DNA of 64,000 bases. Origin: Chrysomallon squamiferum (Eukaryota > Animalia > Mollusca). Under the pieces are notes generated by a model, which had not been told where the DNA came from, did not search any database, and saw only the letters and a list, made by a program, of their open reading frames with translations. The position numbers and the translations under genes were made by a program. Positions 1 through 15,604 of this stretch are shown piece by piece. Where the stretch lies: NCBI GenBank assembly GCA_012295275.1, contig CM022672.1:13082001-13146000 (forward strand). The letters are read 5' to 3'. Each line of letters begins with the position of its first letter. Within the stretch, counting starts at the first letter, position 1.

Positions 1-3000
1 TAATTTAATCTTATTTTACGATTTTAAAATTATTATTGGTATTGTTTAATAGTGTAGTAATGGTGCTGCTCCATAAATTATGAGTAAGTAAAACTTTCAA
101 ATATTAGACATATAGAGGCAAACATTTAATAAACTCTGATACGATGCATCGAGTGATTATTTTCTGCTTAGTATGGTTTGAATACTTTCCTGTTCTGTGG
201 AAAGACAGAAGACAGAAAATATTTCAGTGAATGATTAACAAGTACACCTTGTATTTGAAGAAACAGTGTCTGTGTGAATGGGTGAGGGAGAGTGAAAGAT
301 AAAACAATACTTCGTATTGCTGTCAGTTGTACCAAAACATATATATAAATACAAGTTCACGACTTATACAGATATACACACACTTTAAACAATAACAACA
401 CAGTTAAAAGATGACATTAGCATTTATTGAATCAAAGCTCTGTGAAAACGACAAGATGGGGAATAAAACAACAGATTTTAAGAACACAATGACACAAGTA
501 ACGTAACAATACTTTATGATTTAATGCATGTAACAAACTTATATTATCAAAAACAGAAAGAAAAGACATAAATATACAAAAATGATTATTTATTAAAAAT
601 AAATTATTATCCAGCAATAAAACCTTTAAATTAAATAAAGGGAAACTATTTATAAATTTCGAACCTATCTTTTAAATTTTCTTCGACATAAAAAAAACCT
701 CATTCTTTCCTGAAAACTAAAGTATCAGTTTCCTTCTTGTCCATTTTGTTCAGTTTCAGATGATTTTAATTTATTAAATGGTAATACATGGGAACACTTA
801 ATTTCCAATTCAGATATAGCTCTAATTACCTTGTATTCTAAAGTTACACCAACTTTAGGATTTGCTGAATTAAAATATCTGCCACATTAACATAAAATCC
901 AAGTTATTGTAATCTTATAAGATTCAAGTTGTCAATAAATAAATAAATAAATAAATAAAAATAAATATGCTCAAACTGATTCAGAGAAGATCAACCAAAT
1001 GTTGCAAAGGTAATTTAATTTAAGCCTCTTTACCTAAGTGCAGATTACTCTTCTGTGCAGGAATAGATGTACAATTCATACAATGACCCTCCACACATGC
1101 ACACATTCATACACACACATTCACATTTATATCATCTTTGTGCAATAATTACTTTCTGAACAGTTATTTACATATTTAAATGATGTGATGAATTTAACAC
1201 TCATTTCACCAACGGCTAGACATAACAATCAAACATTACACTATAAATTTCCCTTTTTCATTAAAAAAAAGACAAAATGAAAATGTAGGAGAGACAGATA
1301 TTAGCACACTATTTTACAATACAAATAAATTTCCTCATCTTCTAAAATCAATATCTCATGTGACTGTTTTTCTATTTCCTTTTTTTGCCCACCTATCAAA
1401 AACATAAAAAAGTTCACTGATACATTTATAATAATATAGTTTTAAATCGTATTCCATAAAAAGCCAAATTTCTTTAGATGACAGATTGCCACCGGTAAAT
1501 AAAAAAAAATTTAATTTAAAAAATAGTAATAAATAATTCTGACATAAGAAAAAAAATACTCTTACATTCTCTCTATACATAAACAATCTGAAACAAACAC
1601 TGTTACCTATTTAAAATATTTTTAATAATGAATTATTAATAATTGTTTTTTAATATAAATTGCTATTCACCATTTGCAGTGATATAATGAGGCATTAACA
1701 TTATCATACTGAATGGCCACACTTCTTTAAACTCTTTGAAAAAGTATTTACAAAATTCCTGTTTCTTAAATCTGGCCATACATCACAGTACATTGCTTTC
1801 AAAAGCTGGTGTTGTGTACATCATCTGTGCCAATATCATTTGTGGGTTTTTTCTGAACCTGACACTCTTTAATTTAAAATAAATAAAAAAAATAAAAGTT
1901 CTTATATTTCACTTAATAATGTAAGTTAATTTTTTATATTTTTTATTTATATTAAGCAGATGTTAATAAAGAGAAGATGATTGCCATATTCCGTCCATTC
2001 CTATTTGATTTTACCTGTTTTCAACTATCCAAACACTAAATATATATTAAAAAAAAAAAAAAAAATGAGCCAATGTGCTTTCTGTACAAGTTAACTTACT
2101 TAAACACAATGAAAACAAAGCTTTATCTAACTATAAACAAAAGATCAGTGTCTTGGATAAAAGATCATAACATTATTTGCTTTGTCAAATATTTCATTTT
2201 ATCTGATTGTGCATTTTCATTTCTCATCAAAACCTGCCAAAATATTACTTTTTTAAAACTATTTACAAGTTTTAGGAACAACAGTTTCATTTTTCAAAAT
2301 CTGAACCAGATAACATTTTAATACTTTTTAATACAAATCTGATAACTTTATCACATTTCTTTTCTGGCCAAAATTTAAATAAATAATGCAGAAACAACAT
2401 ACCGATAAGTAAGCACCGTGACTGCGTAGTTTTATTTAATTCAGTTTACTAAATAATAAAAGCATACATACAATATTAATTGCTTATGAGAAAATGTCAT
2501 CTGTATTTTAGATTAGTAGAAAATATCCATTTATCTGTTTGCTGTAATTAAAATGCATATGTAAACCAAAGTGTCTATGCAAAAACATGCACTACTGGAC
2601 AAAATGATCAAACTTTTTTTTTTTTTAATGAACTTCCATTTTATTGCAGTAATTTTATATCAAAAGATATGCATGAGTTTAAGTGCCATATATATATATA
2701 AAATCATATAGTATCCAGCTATAATAGAAACATAACTGAACAAATACATTTATACAGGTGTCTATTTATATGATAAAGAAGTGGGACCAGATGCAATCTA
2801 AAACCTGGAATATCAGACAATAGTGCGTCCATCATACACAATTACAAAAAGTGCTTTTCTAAATTAAATTAAAAAAAAAGGTGAACCACAGTTCTATCTA
2901 AACATATTAAAACAACAACAAAACAACAAACAGATAATTACAAGTAATTCATTGATAATAAATAACATAAAAAAACAAACAATACACACTTTCATTACAA

Positions 3001-3721
3001 AAACAAAATGATTTTAGAACACCCAATAAAGTAAATTACTTTCTTCACCTTATGAATAATGTAACACACGAAATAAGGGATAGAAAACGAAATACCCTAA
3101 AACAGCAGTAACAGTAATATTAATAATAATAAATGTAGTAACAAATTAAAAAAAAGAAGAACGTAATAAAATATAAAGCGTAAGTGGTCTTGTTATTTCG
3201 GTATCATGAGTCAAGATGAACAATTCTTATACACAACAAACCCGCACAAAACAGCATTTCAACAAGAAAGGTATACATATAATTAAAAACAATAGATATT
3301 ATGTCAACAACTTCATGATAAAGACTGTTCACTATTTAATGTGAACTATTCAGTATATGATCATACATACATATATACATTTATTATTACATTTACTCTA
3401 TTGCAAAGACAAAAAAAAAAAGCCTTTGAATTAAATGATAAAATAAATAATAAAAATGTCTGATTTTTCTTTTTTTTGTTGTTGATGATGTAATTGCTTA
3501 ATGATTGGAGGTAATATTTTCTCTGGGAGGGGATTTGCAAATGTCTTGTTCTGTATTTTTAAAAAGTATCTTTGCAGATTGAAACAGACATTAAACTTTT
3601 GGAAAATTCAAGTTAACCTGTACTTCCATGTACATTCTGGCAGAAGACTTCACTCACTCTGATTTTGAAATAATCAAAAAAAGATATCTTAAAGATGGCT
3701 TTGGCATATTTAATATTGTGT
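1..3721 (-). other. Probable long 3' UTR or downstream non-coding region of USP20/33
   Basis: No credible exons. Several minus-strand AATAAA signals (plus-strand TTTATT near 423, 1942, 2430, 2640, 3380). The transcript end cannot be fixed from sequence. Confidence 0.4.
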
Positions 3722-6700
3722 TTACTGCTGTTTGTCTTTTTCAGCAACACAAGCAGCACTGCTAGAAATATTCTCAACAGACGACTTTTCTACCACAGCA
3801 CCATCTTCTTCAGGTTTCTCACCCACATCTTTCTCTGTTGCATCAGCCACAACACTATTTCCAGCTCCTGACGCAGTGACACTTTCAGGTTTTTCCAAAG
3901 CTGAATTACTACTTGACCTCTCTGCAGAACATGCCACAGGTCCAGAGCTTGATGTTGGGGCAGCAGTTTCAGTTTTGGAAGTCCTCCCTGCCACATGGGC
4001 CAGGCTCTGACGCAGAATAAGTTCGGGACCACCTCCATATATGCCGTGAAGGAACTGCCACATTTCTTTAGACAGCTGACCATAATCAGAGGACTGTTTC
4101 ACCTGCTGCTGCCCAGCCTTCACTACTGCAATGCTGCTGTTGTCTATCTCACCAGGTGGCGCTGTTAGATGACAAATTGTATAAATTATCTTAAAGTTCA
4201 AAAAGTAATTAGCGTTATTAAAATCTGCTTATTTATTTACAAATTAAACCTGAAGCCATCATTAAGAACTGATCATCTAATTTGAATTCAAGTTTTCAAT
4301 AACTGATTTATTTCATGAAAGTTAAGTGTTTTACAGAATATAGTAACATCAATAATAACAATTCTCATGGTAACATTACACACATACCAATAAATTCAAA
4401 ATGAATAGCTGAGTAAAAAAAAAAAAGAAATCAGCTTTTTCTTGTATGTTTTTTAACAATAAATTAATGATAACAATAATTTGTTCTTATGCAATGTATA
4501 ACTACACATATAAATTAAAAATGTAAAGTAATGTAAAAAATAATAATAATCTTACTATCGGATTTATTTCGAACAAAACCCTCCCACTGTTTGAACCAGG
4601 ACATGCTGATAGCATAAATTACTGGAGCATTATCTTCAGCCTGGAATTCCTCATTCAGCTGAAAGTAACAGATAAGTAAAAATAATATAAATATCTAAAA
4701 ATAATGAATAAAAGGAAAAAGAGAAAAAGAAAATCAAATTAATCTCTTTGTGCATTAAAAAATATTAACAGCCAATAACTTGCTAAGCTCAGAAGAACCA
4801 GGTTAATATCTGCTCTTTCAAAGCTTGCATTATTTTTAAATTTTAAGAAATTGTTAACAACTTTTTTTTAGATTTTCAATATATTAGTTGTAACAAATAT
4901 TAACAATGATCAGATGTTATTAATGTTTAAACCAAACAAACTAGGCTGAACAGAACAAATAAAATATATAACAGGTTCATTATTAATAAAACATATCTAA
5001 ATTTAACCATTACATACAAATGTTTATTAACATGTTGTGTAGCAGTAGTTTGAAAAGCCTTTTGTATGTATGACTGCTTCACTGACTATTCTTTATCTGC
5101 AGCAAGTACCCATCCTTTTTCAACTTTCCATAAGATGGTAAAGAACTTTTATGAAAGATAGGACACACTGCAAATTAATTATCTTTATCACTACAAAAAT
5201 GCCCACTGCCCCCTTGGGTGCAATATTATCCACTGAGATCACCATTTTTCTATACATTAAAGTTTTCTGAGTGTAAGCTGTACCTGTATAAATGTGTCCA
5301 TCTCAGTTTTCTGCCTGTGACGTAGCTGGTTTAATTCTGTTTGACAAACATCACAGGCATACAAATGATTGCACACTGGACCTCCACCATACCTGTGATA
5401 AATATAAAATAATAATTGTTAAATAGGATATCCAAGAAAAAATAAAACAGAAGATTTAACTGTTCAACTGAATATATTAAAAAAAATATAATGATATCTG
5501 TTGAATTGAGTGAATTTATTTTTAAACATTAACTATTAAACTGCATTTATAGTTTAAATAAAAATGATATCAGGAAAATCAAAAACCACAAATACACTAA
5601 TTATTTAGCTTTAAAGGGAATATATTACAAAATAAAATAATAGCTATCAAACTGAAGAATATCATTAAAAAAAAAAATCTATTAGCACTGAACACTGTAA
5701 GCTGTAAATAAAAAAATACTTACTTGTTATATATATAATCCCAAACAGGCTGTCTCAGACACTGAACAAAATCATCAACTTGATCCACTTTATTTGGTGG
5801 AACTCCTGCAGAATAAAGTTTTAAATAAAAAAAAATTAAATATAATATCTTATTGTCTTAAATGAAAAAAAAAAAAAAAAAAAAAAAGGAAAAAAGGAAA
5901 GCATTTAAAATAAACTAAGAGATAAACACACAGATTACACATTCTATATCTGTGAAACAGATTAAACAATCATTCCATTATTTGACATCTGAACCCCTGG
6001 TTTAAGCATTAGTCAGAGAAAAGACAGGCAGACTCTAGTATTTTTACAAATTCCCTCTCCCCATTATGTTCTGTGCAGGAGAAAGGTGTGGCCTGCCCAT
6101 TACAATGTGTTTAGAGATAGTGTCCTACAACTATGTTATAAAAGATCATGATATGTGTTTTCATGTCTAAAGAAAGGTGGACATAAAAATGATTTCTTGT
6201 GTTATTCCAAAAAAAGTAGTGCACTGAAAATAATTTCCACTCTGTTACATATGTACAGTTCTTATGCCATGTATAACTAACACTATATTTAAATTAAAAA
6301 ATTATCAAACAGAGTACTTCTTCCGGTTAAGTGGTTGAGAGGAATGTGATTGCAGCTTACATCAGAAATGGATGGTAAAAATATAGCTTACTAATAAACA
6401 TTTTCACCATAATTACACATAATAATATAAATAAACTATCATAATATTTGTAATATTTTCAATAAGATAATTAATGTAAGTTTAAAAAAAATATATTTTG
6501 ACAAAAATACAAATGTTTAAGTATGTACCTCCATGAGGACATAAAAAGTCATAGTTAGTGATTGGTCCTGGTTCTGAGAATGTGTTGAATTTGTTGATCC
6601 ACTCCTTGGACACAAAAAACTGCATTAGACTTGGCTACAGGAAAAACAAAAGTTTTATTTATTTATAGTTATTACCAAAGAATCTGGTTCTACTCAGGAC

Positions 6701-8374
6701 TTTTTAAAACATTTATTTGGTTAGTTTATTTTAATCTTATCTGCTAGGTCAATTATTAAAAAATTTTTTTTTTTTTTTAAATTTCAGGATTTGATAAATA
6801 TTGACCATAAAATATTTTTGAAAAATGCTAAACTGAGCAACATTTATATTTTTAAACCATCTTATCATCCAGTTTTCAAACAACAGTAACAGTTCAGTGA
6901 ACAATATATTTAAAAAAAAAAAAAATTCTAAAGGATAATTTAAATATGTGATGCAATAAAAACAAATTCATGAACAGCAATCCATCTTGGTTCAAAAATT
7001 ATATCTTTATATCATGGATGATTATTTGAATTATAAGACTGTACAAACATTGTTATTCAGTGAGTTAGAGTTTTTGTAACAATTATATCTCATATACCTC
7101 TTTTTGGTCCATTAATTCCATAGCATGTTGGCGAATATAATGCATTTTCTCATTTCGTTTTCTGTGAACATAAAATGTATCAAAAATTATAAACTATACA
7201 GGTGTTGTAAATATGAACTTTACAAATAACATATATTTTAATAAACATGATCTTTAAAAAAACAACAATAAAAAAACTCCCCCAAAACATAATATTATGT
7301 CATCTAAACATGTAATTTCAATAACAAGAAATTTTTTTAGCAAAAACTAAATATTATTACACACATGTAAACAGAGAAATACAAATACTGACAGTGACAC
7401 AGAGAAACACATACACACACAAATACTATTACATTTTCTAAAACACAGACAGAACTAATGAATGTTTTTATGTTAAATAAAGTAGCTGTACTGCATTACA
7501 AGCACAAAAGCACATACAAATAAATATTTTTACAATGCATTGCAGTATGACAGTGTTACCTGTAAAACAGCACGTATGCCTCACAGTTGATAACCTGCTG
7601 GACATCTACCTCAGTGACATACTGGTCATCAAACTCGTACCACTGTTCGTTGACATAGTTCAGACAGTACGCAGTGTAGTGTCCTCCTAGCAACAGGAAA
7701 TCACAGTTAATTAAAAACGGCAGCAAATTCATCATTGGGACAAATGCCAGATGTAACAGTTTAATAATTTAACTTAACTGACTAAAACACAACAGTGAAA
7801 TTATAAGAAACTACTGGCAAGTATAATAAAGGTAAGGACACTTAAATATAAGACAGATGCCCACCAGAAAGTGAAAAATATTAATACACTTTAATAAGGT
7901 AGTGATAATGAAAACACCTAACAAAAAAAATAAAATAATTATGAAGCTGCACTGATGAGAGAACAATGATGAACATGGTATAATATTAACTGAGATCATA
8001 AACAAATAGGTAACAATGATAACCATCTGTCTTTTACCAGCAAAATAATAGCCTAGATATATTTACTGCAATTAAAACAACAAAAAAATACATAACATTT
8101 CAAAAAATTATTAATATATATATATATATTTCTTTTTCTTTTGGCAGAGTATAATAAAGATGTTATTATTAAAGGTGAAGGGTACCTCCAGCTGTTCCAT
8201 GGTGACATATGACAGCAACAAGGTTGTAGATAACAACTTCAGATTTGCAGTCTGAAAATAAAATAATATCCATAATAAAAGGCCAGTTAAATAATTAGTT
8301 TCAAAACCAACTGCTTTCTTTTTTCTTTTTTTTAAACTTAGAAAAATGTTTTTCATTTATGATTCTGTTTACAT

Positions 8375-8406
<32 letters not shown>

Positions 8407-11400
8407 AATACTATATTTAAATCTATAATTCTACTTAAGAAGATTTTCCTTTAAAGACAGATCTGTATATTTCACTCAACTTTCAAAGTTACAGATATAT
8501 ATTACTTTTTAGTCATGACATCTAATTAATGTAATCTAGAAATGAACTTTTTTGTAATACATTTTTATTATAAGAAATTAAAAAAGAAAAGGAAAACAAG
8601 TAATTTTATAATAATGATTTTTAATGAATGTCAGAATACTAGAAACTAATGTCAGATTGTTGCAAACCTTTGTGCAGGTATGGTTTCATATCCAGTCCTT
8701 CCAATGGGAAAGCCACGTAGGTGCCAATCTTTGATGAATAGAACTCGTGACGAAAGCGTTTTAGATGAATGCAGAGAATCTGTTGTTTAAATAATTTTTA
8801 AAAAACTAAAAAACATTCACATACATCAGCCAAATAAATCTGTTTTATGTATTAACTGTGTGTTCTAATTTCTTCCACAATTTTCAATTTGTTTTTATTT
8901 AATTTGAAAATGAGTAAATCTAAAATTAATAAGTATTAATACGCATTTCTGAATCATTTAAATAACAGCAAAAATGTGATATGTTAGTATGCTGTCAACA
9001 TTCAACTGCCCATAAGGCAGTTTTGTCATCTGTGTGTTAGGAATGACAGAAAGTGACTTACTATGAAGAAAAACAGTACATTTTTTTTTTTTTTTTTTTA
9101 TTAAAGCAGAAGAAAAGTACTAACCTCAGGTAGTTCTAAAACTTTTGAATATTTTAGACCATTTCTTAACCTGTAAAGAAAAAGAAAGAAAGATCATTCA
9201 ATTTGAAAAAATGATGAATCAGTGAGAAAACAAATGCAAATAATAAGTCTAACATACCAAACTGTAAACACTATAACAGACAGATTGAATAAATGTGATA
9301 GGAGAATAAAAGTCTAAAGACAAATGAAAATCGACGCACAGGTAACATTTAACAGATGTTGAACACACTTGTTTTCTATTGTGACTACAGCAGAGTCCAC
9401 ACTGATCAGCACTAAGAAGTATTAAGTATACACATCCCTATCTATACAGCCAAACACACAATGCTGTATAATAAACTAAACATGCTGTGGTTCTCAAAGT
9501 GCATACTATTATGAGTGGGAGCTATTGGCATTTCTGATGGATGATAGAAATAATTGATTCAAGCTTCTTTTATTATTCTCTCAATGTGCATCCTTTACAG
9601 TCTTTTGGAAACCTCAGCTGCTGGTGACAAAAATAGGAAAACAATGAGTCAGTAAAACCAGAAAACATTTAGAACTACTTGACTTACGAGAGAAATACTC
9701 TAACAGATAGATCAAGCAGGATTCATCTGGGGTCTTTCATGTCTCAAGTCTGTGTTCTAGACACTGTTTTAAGCTTCCAGTTAATAATCTACAATTTCGA
9801 GTAATCAGTTTAACAAATAACACAACAGGAGAAAACTTACTTCTTACACTTTTCACAGCTATACATATTGTCGCCTTTCAGTTCATCTGCAGAAAAGAAT
9901 GCAGACAGGCAGTCCTGGAGAGTTATTGTTGGTCCCATAAACCAGCTGAAATCATTAATTTAGTCACATTTAAGTGAGAAATACTTCAGAAACAAATCTT
10001 TAACATTACTGGGTTGTTTTATTTTTTAAATGCAGTTTGTATTGCATTTCTATAACTTTGTTCATTTTTCTTTTATTCTTTTTTAAAAAATATGAATACT
10101 AAACTGAATAAAATATTCTTGGAACTATTGCACTTGCCAATCAACTGCAATATATCATTTTGAAAATGTTATTGAGAGAACTAACAATGAAAACAAAAAA
10201 TGGATCTTATTTTTAAAATAAAATTAATAAACAAACTTTAGAAAAGAATATGTTTTTAAATGACTGCACATACAGAAGTTTATCTGGTTTACACTACTGT
10301 ACTTCACAATTTCCCATTCTAATATTCTACTCTCCAAAAAAAATCTGATTTCAGGAGACATTTTACTTCATTTAAATGCCCACCTCTTCATCCAGGAAAA
10401 CATCCATCCAAACCAGCCCTGATGGGCCTCCCCACATGAACCCCCTTTGCTGGACCCTGGTGTAGTTTGCTGGTTTGAATGCAGGACGTGTAGATATTCT
10501 TTACTGGGAATTGGCAAGCTTAGATCCTGGAATGTCTCTTTGGTTGTTGAAACCTGTAAGTACACATACATAAGAACTACAAAGCTGTGATGTGCTCTCT
10601 TCCATGGCTAAAACAATTCAGCTCCAAATTTTTGTGCAGAACTATTTTCCTAGTCAAGTTTCTTCTAGAAAATGTTATTTTATCTCGTTTTAATTTTTGT
10701 CTTCTTTGTTTCTTTTTTTTTTTTAACATTAAGAACATGCATGTTTAAACAAGACAAACAAAATACATCTTCAAAACCTCTAAACTGTTTATATAACTGT
10801 CTAAATTTAATTCCACATCAGATAAAACCAAACAAACACTTACCCGTTCACAGGTAAGACACATAACAGAGCTAAGGATTTTTCCGTCAAAGATATCTGA
10901 TATTACACTTCGATACTGTGTAACTGGCACAGCTCCTTGGAAAAATAAATAAATAAAATAAATATGCACACATTTAGCACACAAATATAATCAGACAATG
11001 TTTGACAAAAGTGAAGAATGAAATAATTTTATTATTTTTTTTGTATGTTAGTGGAAATATTAAATTTGTAATCAATTTCTCATTTATTAAAATTTTATAA
11101 GAATGTGGAAGAATACTTGCTATTTATTTGGCATTTGAAATTAAAATCACACACACACATATTTAATCATAGAGTGCTGTAGGAAACGTCTAATCAACTC
11201 AGGTAAGTTATTTGATCAGTTCTTTTGGAAAAAAATAAAATAATGAAATATTTCAGTTAATTATTTATTGAAAAATATAACACATAAACCATTTGATACA
11301 TCATGTTTTAGAAAAAAATCTGGATACATCAGCAATACTCTAAAATAAAATAAAATTAACCTTTGGCACTTTGATTTACTCTTGAAGCTGACTTATGTAT

Positions 11401-14400
11401 CACAGTTTGCTTAGGTGAGGAGGTTCTACACTCAGTGGTTGCTGGTGGATTTGAAATATTTACGGATGCTGCTGCTGCTGCTGCTGCTACTGCTACTGCT
11501 ACTTTTGATTTCTGGTTAGAAATTCCTACATCGGTCAGTGCATCTGAAAACTCACCAGTTTCATTTTTGGCCAGGTAATCGCCAGAAGGTCCGCACTTCA
11601 TGCTAATCCCACTATCCACACTCTGCTTGCACAGCAGATTAGCAGTCTCCTTCATGTCTTTAGTGTTAGGCACAGAGTTTGATATGTTGTCATAGCAACC
11701 TGACAGGTTTGACCGGTTTTCATCCATCAGCTGTGAGCCAAGTTCGTTGACATCTCTATCGTCGTCACCGGACAAATTGTGAGAGGAACTTTTCTCACTG
11801 CTGAGACCAGAGTCACAGGTCTCATAATCAAAATCTGACTGACTGCTGCTGCTGTTTGAGTCTATAGAAGGCTGCCTGTCATGGCCACAGGATTCTGAGT
11901 GAGTCAAAACTGGTGAACTGATCTTTTCATCGCCATTTTCATCTCTGACTTCAACAAGCGGCTGCTTCAGTTCCTCATGAAGTTGGTCCATGAAGCAGCG
12001 AAGAAATTCCTGGGTATCCTGAAAAAAAAAATAATAATAATAATTAAAAGATGTTCATGAAGAAAAGATAAATAACTGATTATACTTTTTTTTATTTCAT
12101 CATTATATATTTAATCTACAAATATAAATTTAAAAGCTTAACGAGCACTATTTTCACATAAGCACCAGACAATAAACTATAAAATTTGATGTAAACATTC
12201 AAAAAATAAAAATCATTAAAAATAAAAAACTTAAAATATAGTAACAAATCAATTTATTTTACATTACAAATTCCAAAGAGAACGTTTTGAAAACAATTAC
12301 TGATCTGTATTTCACATACCTGCTGAGTGTAACCTTTAAACATGGAATGAACACACTTCATACCACTGACAACCCCACTGGGTACCACATAGCTTGGTCT
12401 AAATGACAACAAGAAATATTATATTCTTAAAATAAAATTACAAATAAAACTATAATGGTCAACATCAAAATTCACAAGATAGCAATAGAACAAGTCATTA
12501 TAAAAGCTTTCAAGAGAGAGGTAACACAGTATCATAAACAGTTTCTAACTATTTAAGATTAAAAAAACACTGGCAGGATATTTATTTCAATAACAAAAGA
12601 AATTCCCATTAAAAAATGATTTATAAATTCACTCACTCTTTCTTTTACACATACATGTACAAAACTAAAGTAATGCACATAGATAAATGACTGTGTATCT
12701 AGCAAACAAATAATGAAATTAACTGTTCCAGGTTTTCAAAGATGAAAGATTATAAACAAATTATGTAGATCATATCTGAGGTTAAGTTACCTTTTCTTGT
12801 GCCAAATTTCAGAGATAAGTCGGTGGTAACACCGTGAAAGATTTGGATTTTTATCGGATTTCACAAACCCAGAACAGTCAAGAAAGAATCTTGTCAGAGG
12901 TGGGCTGTAAAACAAAACAAAAAAATGTCAGCACTTAACCAATGAAATTATTACTGATATGCAGTACAAAATATATTTAATAATAATAATGAGAAATTTT
13001 CTATTCACTTTATATCTGTCATGATAAAGATGATGTTTATTGCTGTTTTGTATGTATATTTGTAGTGGGAGGGAGGGAGAGGGAGAGAGAGGGAGAGGGA
13101 GAGGGAGAGGGAGAGGGAGAGAGAGAGAGAGAGAGAGAGAGATATCCTGCTTTTAGTTCAGATTTTAAGAACAAAATTATAATTAAAATTAAAATAAGCA
13201 AATTGAATAACAAATGAAATATTGCATAATATTTATCTAATGCCAAAATTAAATAGAAAAGCAAGTGCTATCACTAATTAATTAATAAAACTGAAATGCA
13301 ATGATCAACAATATTAATATCTATTCATCTTCCATCAACATTTTTTTTAATTAGTTGCATAGGAGTAATTATCCTACAATAGAAAAATTAAACTAACCAG
13401 TTAGAAAGTGACTGAAGAGCAGCATTCATGTAACATGTATTGCCTAGATTCTGAAGACCAGTCAAACCTGAAAAAAATTTAATAAGCAAACTCTGTAAGA
13501 GGTATCTAATATATAAAGATAAAATTCAGAATTAATGATGTATCAAGCTACACATATTAAGGATTTTAATATAATATGTACATATTCATTTGTAATGAAT
13601 GAGGATTATACTGAATATTTAAAAAAAATAATAATAATAATTAAAAAAAAGAAGTATATGTTCAATGTACACATTTACCAAAATTAAAGAACAGAGTTTT
13701 GGCGATATGCAACACATAATGCTATATTTTAAAAAAGTGTATGTCATCAGTTGTGTTACCTCTTGGTCTTATACTCTCATCATCCAAATCAGATTCAGAA
13801 TCATCTGCTCCTGAAAAGCTTCGGCGAGGTGAACTGTCACTGGAACCATCTGATGTGATAGATGAGGATATCATTCTAGTTTCTGGGATTCTGTAACATT
13901 AAAGTTTTCAGATTTTACAATTTATAGAACTTTTTAAAAATTAAGAAATGTAAATATCAAATATATATTACACTAGTTTGCCAAATAAAACCCACATCAA
14001 ACACAACAAACAAAAATCATATGTTAAAGATTAAAATCCGAGGCAACACATTTCTTACATGTAAATTTTAAATGCTTTTTACAATGTTTATAAAGACAGT
14101 TTTAGGGACTGTACAAAATTCTGATTCCAGTTAACCAAAGAATATTTCAAACAAACAGTTAAATTAAAGGACATGCATGATTGCAGTACATCACCAAGAG
14201 TAACAAAAATACTCGTAATATTTCATGGTATTTGCTGTTACATAATGGTAACAAAATGCAGACATACATTCAAAAAAAAAAATTAAAAAATATAAAATTA
14301 CTGTATTAAAATCAAAGAATTTTCACTGCATTATCAACCAGACAACATGTTTGAAATGCCTGAACTGTACGTATTTCAAGCAGTGATAATTTTGTTTCTA

Positions 14401-15604
14401 ATAACTTACCTGCACTGAGGGCTATTACTTTGGGGAAACACTTCCTTTTCACAGGAACTGCACCAAATTCTCAGATTAGTTAAATTGATTGCTAAACAGT
14501 GTTTTGTTTGCTGTAAATTAAAAATTAAAGACATCAAACCTTTCTAATTGAATATGAGAAATCGTTACTGAAGCAACACATAAAAAACGATAAATCGTTA
14601 TAATCCATGAAGTAATAAAACAATATCTATGTATAATAATATATTATCTATATAAAGTCAGAGATACAGCTATAGCTATAGATATATATATATATATATA
14701 AATATATATACACACACACATACATATACATATAAACATTACTAATTACAGCATGGACATAAATACAACACTTTGTAATAAATTTCCTCTGCAATTTAAC
14801 AATGTTTTAGTTGCTAGGTTAAAAGCGTTCATAAACTGGAGAACATGAATATAGAAATCTCTATATACTTTATTTCCCATTATTAAATTTATGAAAGCTT
14901 AGTCAATATCAACAGTGTTCATTCTGTATGCCTATCTTAACTCTGCATGCTGGTGATTGTAAATTTTATTAGTATGCATCTGTTTGTCTGTCTGTCTGTG
15001 TGTGTCTGTATATGTGTCTCTCTGTGTGTGAATGCATGCTTGTGAGTGTGTTATGTGAATATATTATTTGCACATATCACCTGGGGGGGGGGTTCTTGAC
15101 TTACCTGTATGTGTGCTAAACTGTGGTCCTTTTCTGCCTGTCCACATCCAACATGTCTACAAGTACTAATAAGACAAAGCCACAGATTGGAAGCTTTTGT
15201 TCCACACTCTTGACAAGCTTGACCCTGTTAAGGAAAGAAAAATTCTTACAGATTCAGCAGATGGATATATACAAGACAGCAAACTGAAGAATGCTGTTCA
15301 CAAAATATGCATTTAACTACAAAAATCATCACCATAATTCCATAAATATATTTATAACCTAAAAATATCAGATATTAGTGTTTGTGTGTGTGTGTGTGTG
15401 TGTTTTGTGTTTGTGTACATATATAGGAATGTTACAATCTCTTGACTGTAAATATAAGAAAGGCAAGTGTATAAATTCAGGTTTTGTTCTGGCTTATTCA
15501 TGTGTCTGTTTTACTTAACTTACATTTTTCACCTCTTTAATTTCATCCCAGGATATAGAGGTAATTAATGGAACATGAGGGCAGTCGGACACCTTCACTG
15601 GCAT
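3722..15604 (-). CDS. USP20: Ubiquitin carboxyl-terminal hydrolase 20/33 (ZnF-UBP + USP catalytic domain + two DUSP domains), 21 coding exons, about 991 aa
   Basis: Exons 5'->3' on minus: 15524-15604, 15105-15224, 14410-14510, 13760-13890, 13398-13467, 12791-12904, 12320-12398, 11361-12018, 10844-10935, 10384-10553, 9841-9945, 9125-9170, 8668-8779, 8186-8251, 7560-7686, 7098-7161, 6529-6634, 5724-5805, 5284-5392, 4556-4658, 3722-4161. All introns are GT-AG and the total of 2976 nt is in frame. Motifs: ZnF-UBP (CPH..CQEC..NLWLCL..GCG..DH), Cys box [46 protein letters not shown], His box [35 protein letters not shown] motifs [12 protein letters not shown] and PPGEIDN..YGGGP. Likely the single invertebrate pro-orthologue of USP20 and USP33. 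Confidence 0.96.
13068..13142. repeat. Polypurine (GGGAGA)n/(GA)n microsatellite
   Basis: Read directly, in a USP20/33 intron. Confidence 0.9.

Noticed and set aside
3732-4083. Overlapping ORFs 3732-4010 (+) and 3790-4083 (-)
   Set aside because: Antisense and alternative-frame shadows of the last USP20/33 exon.
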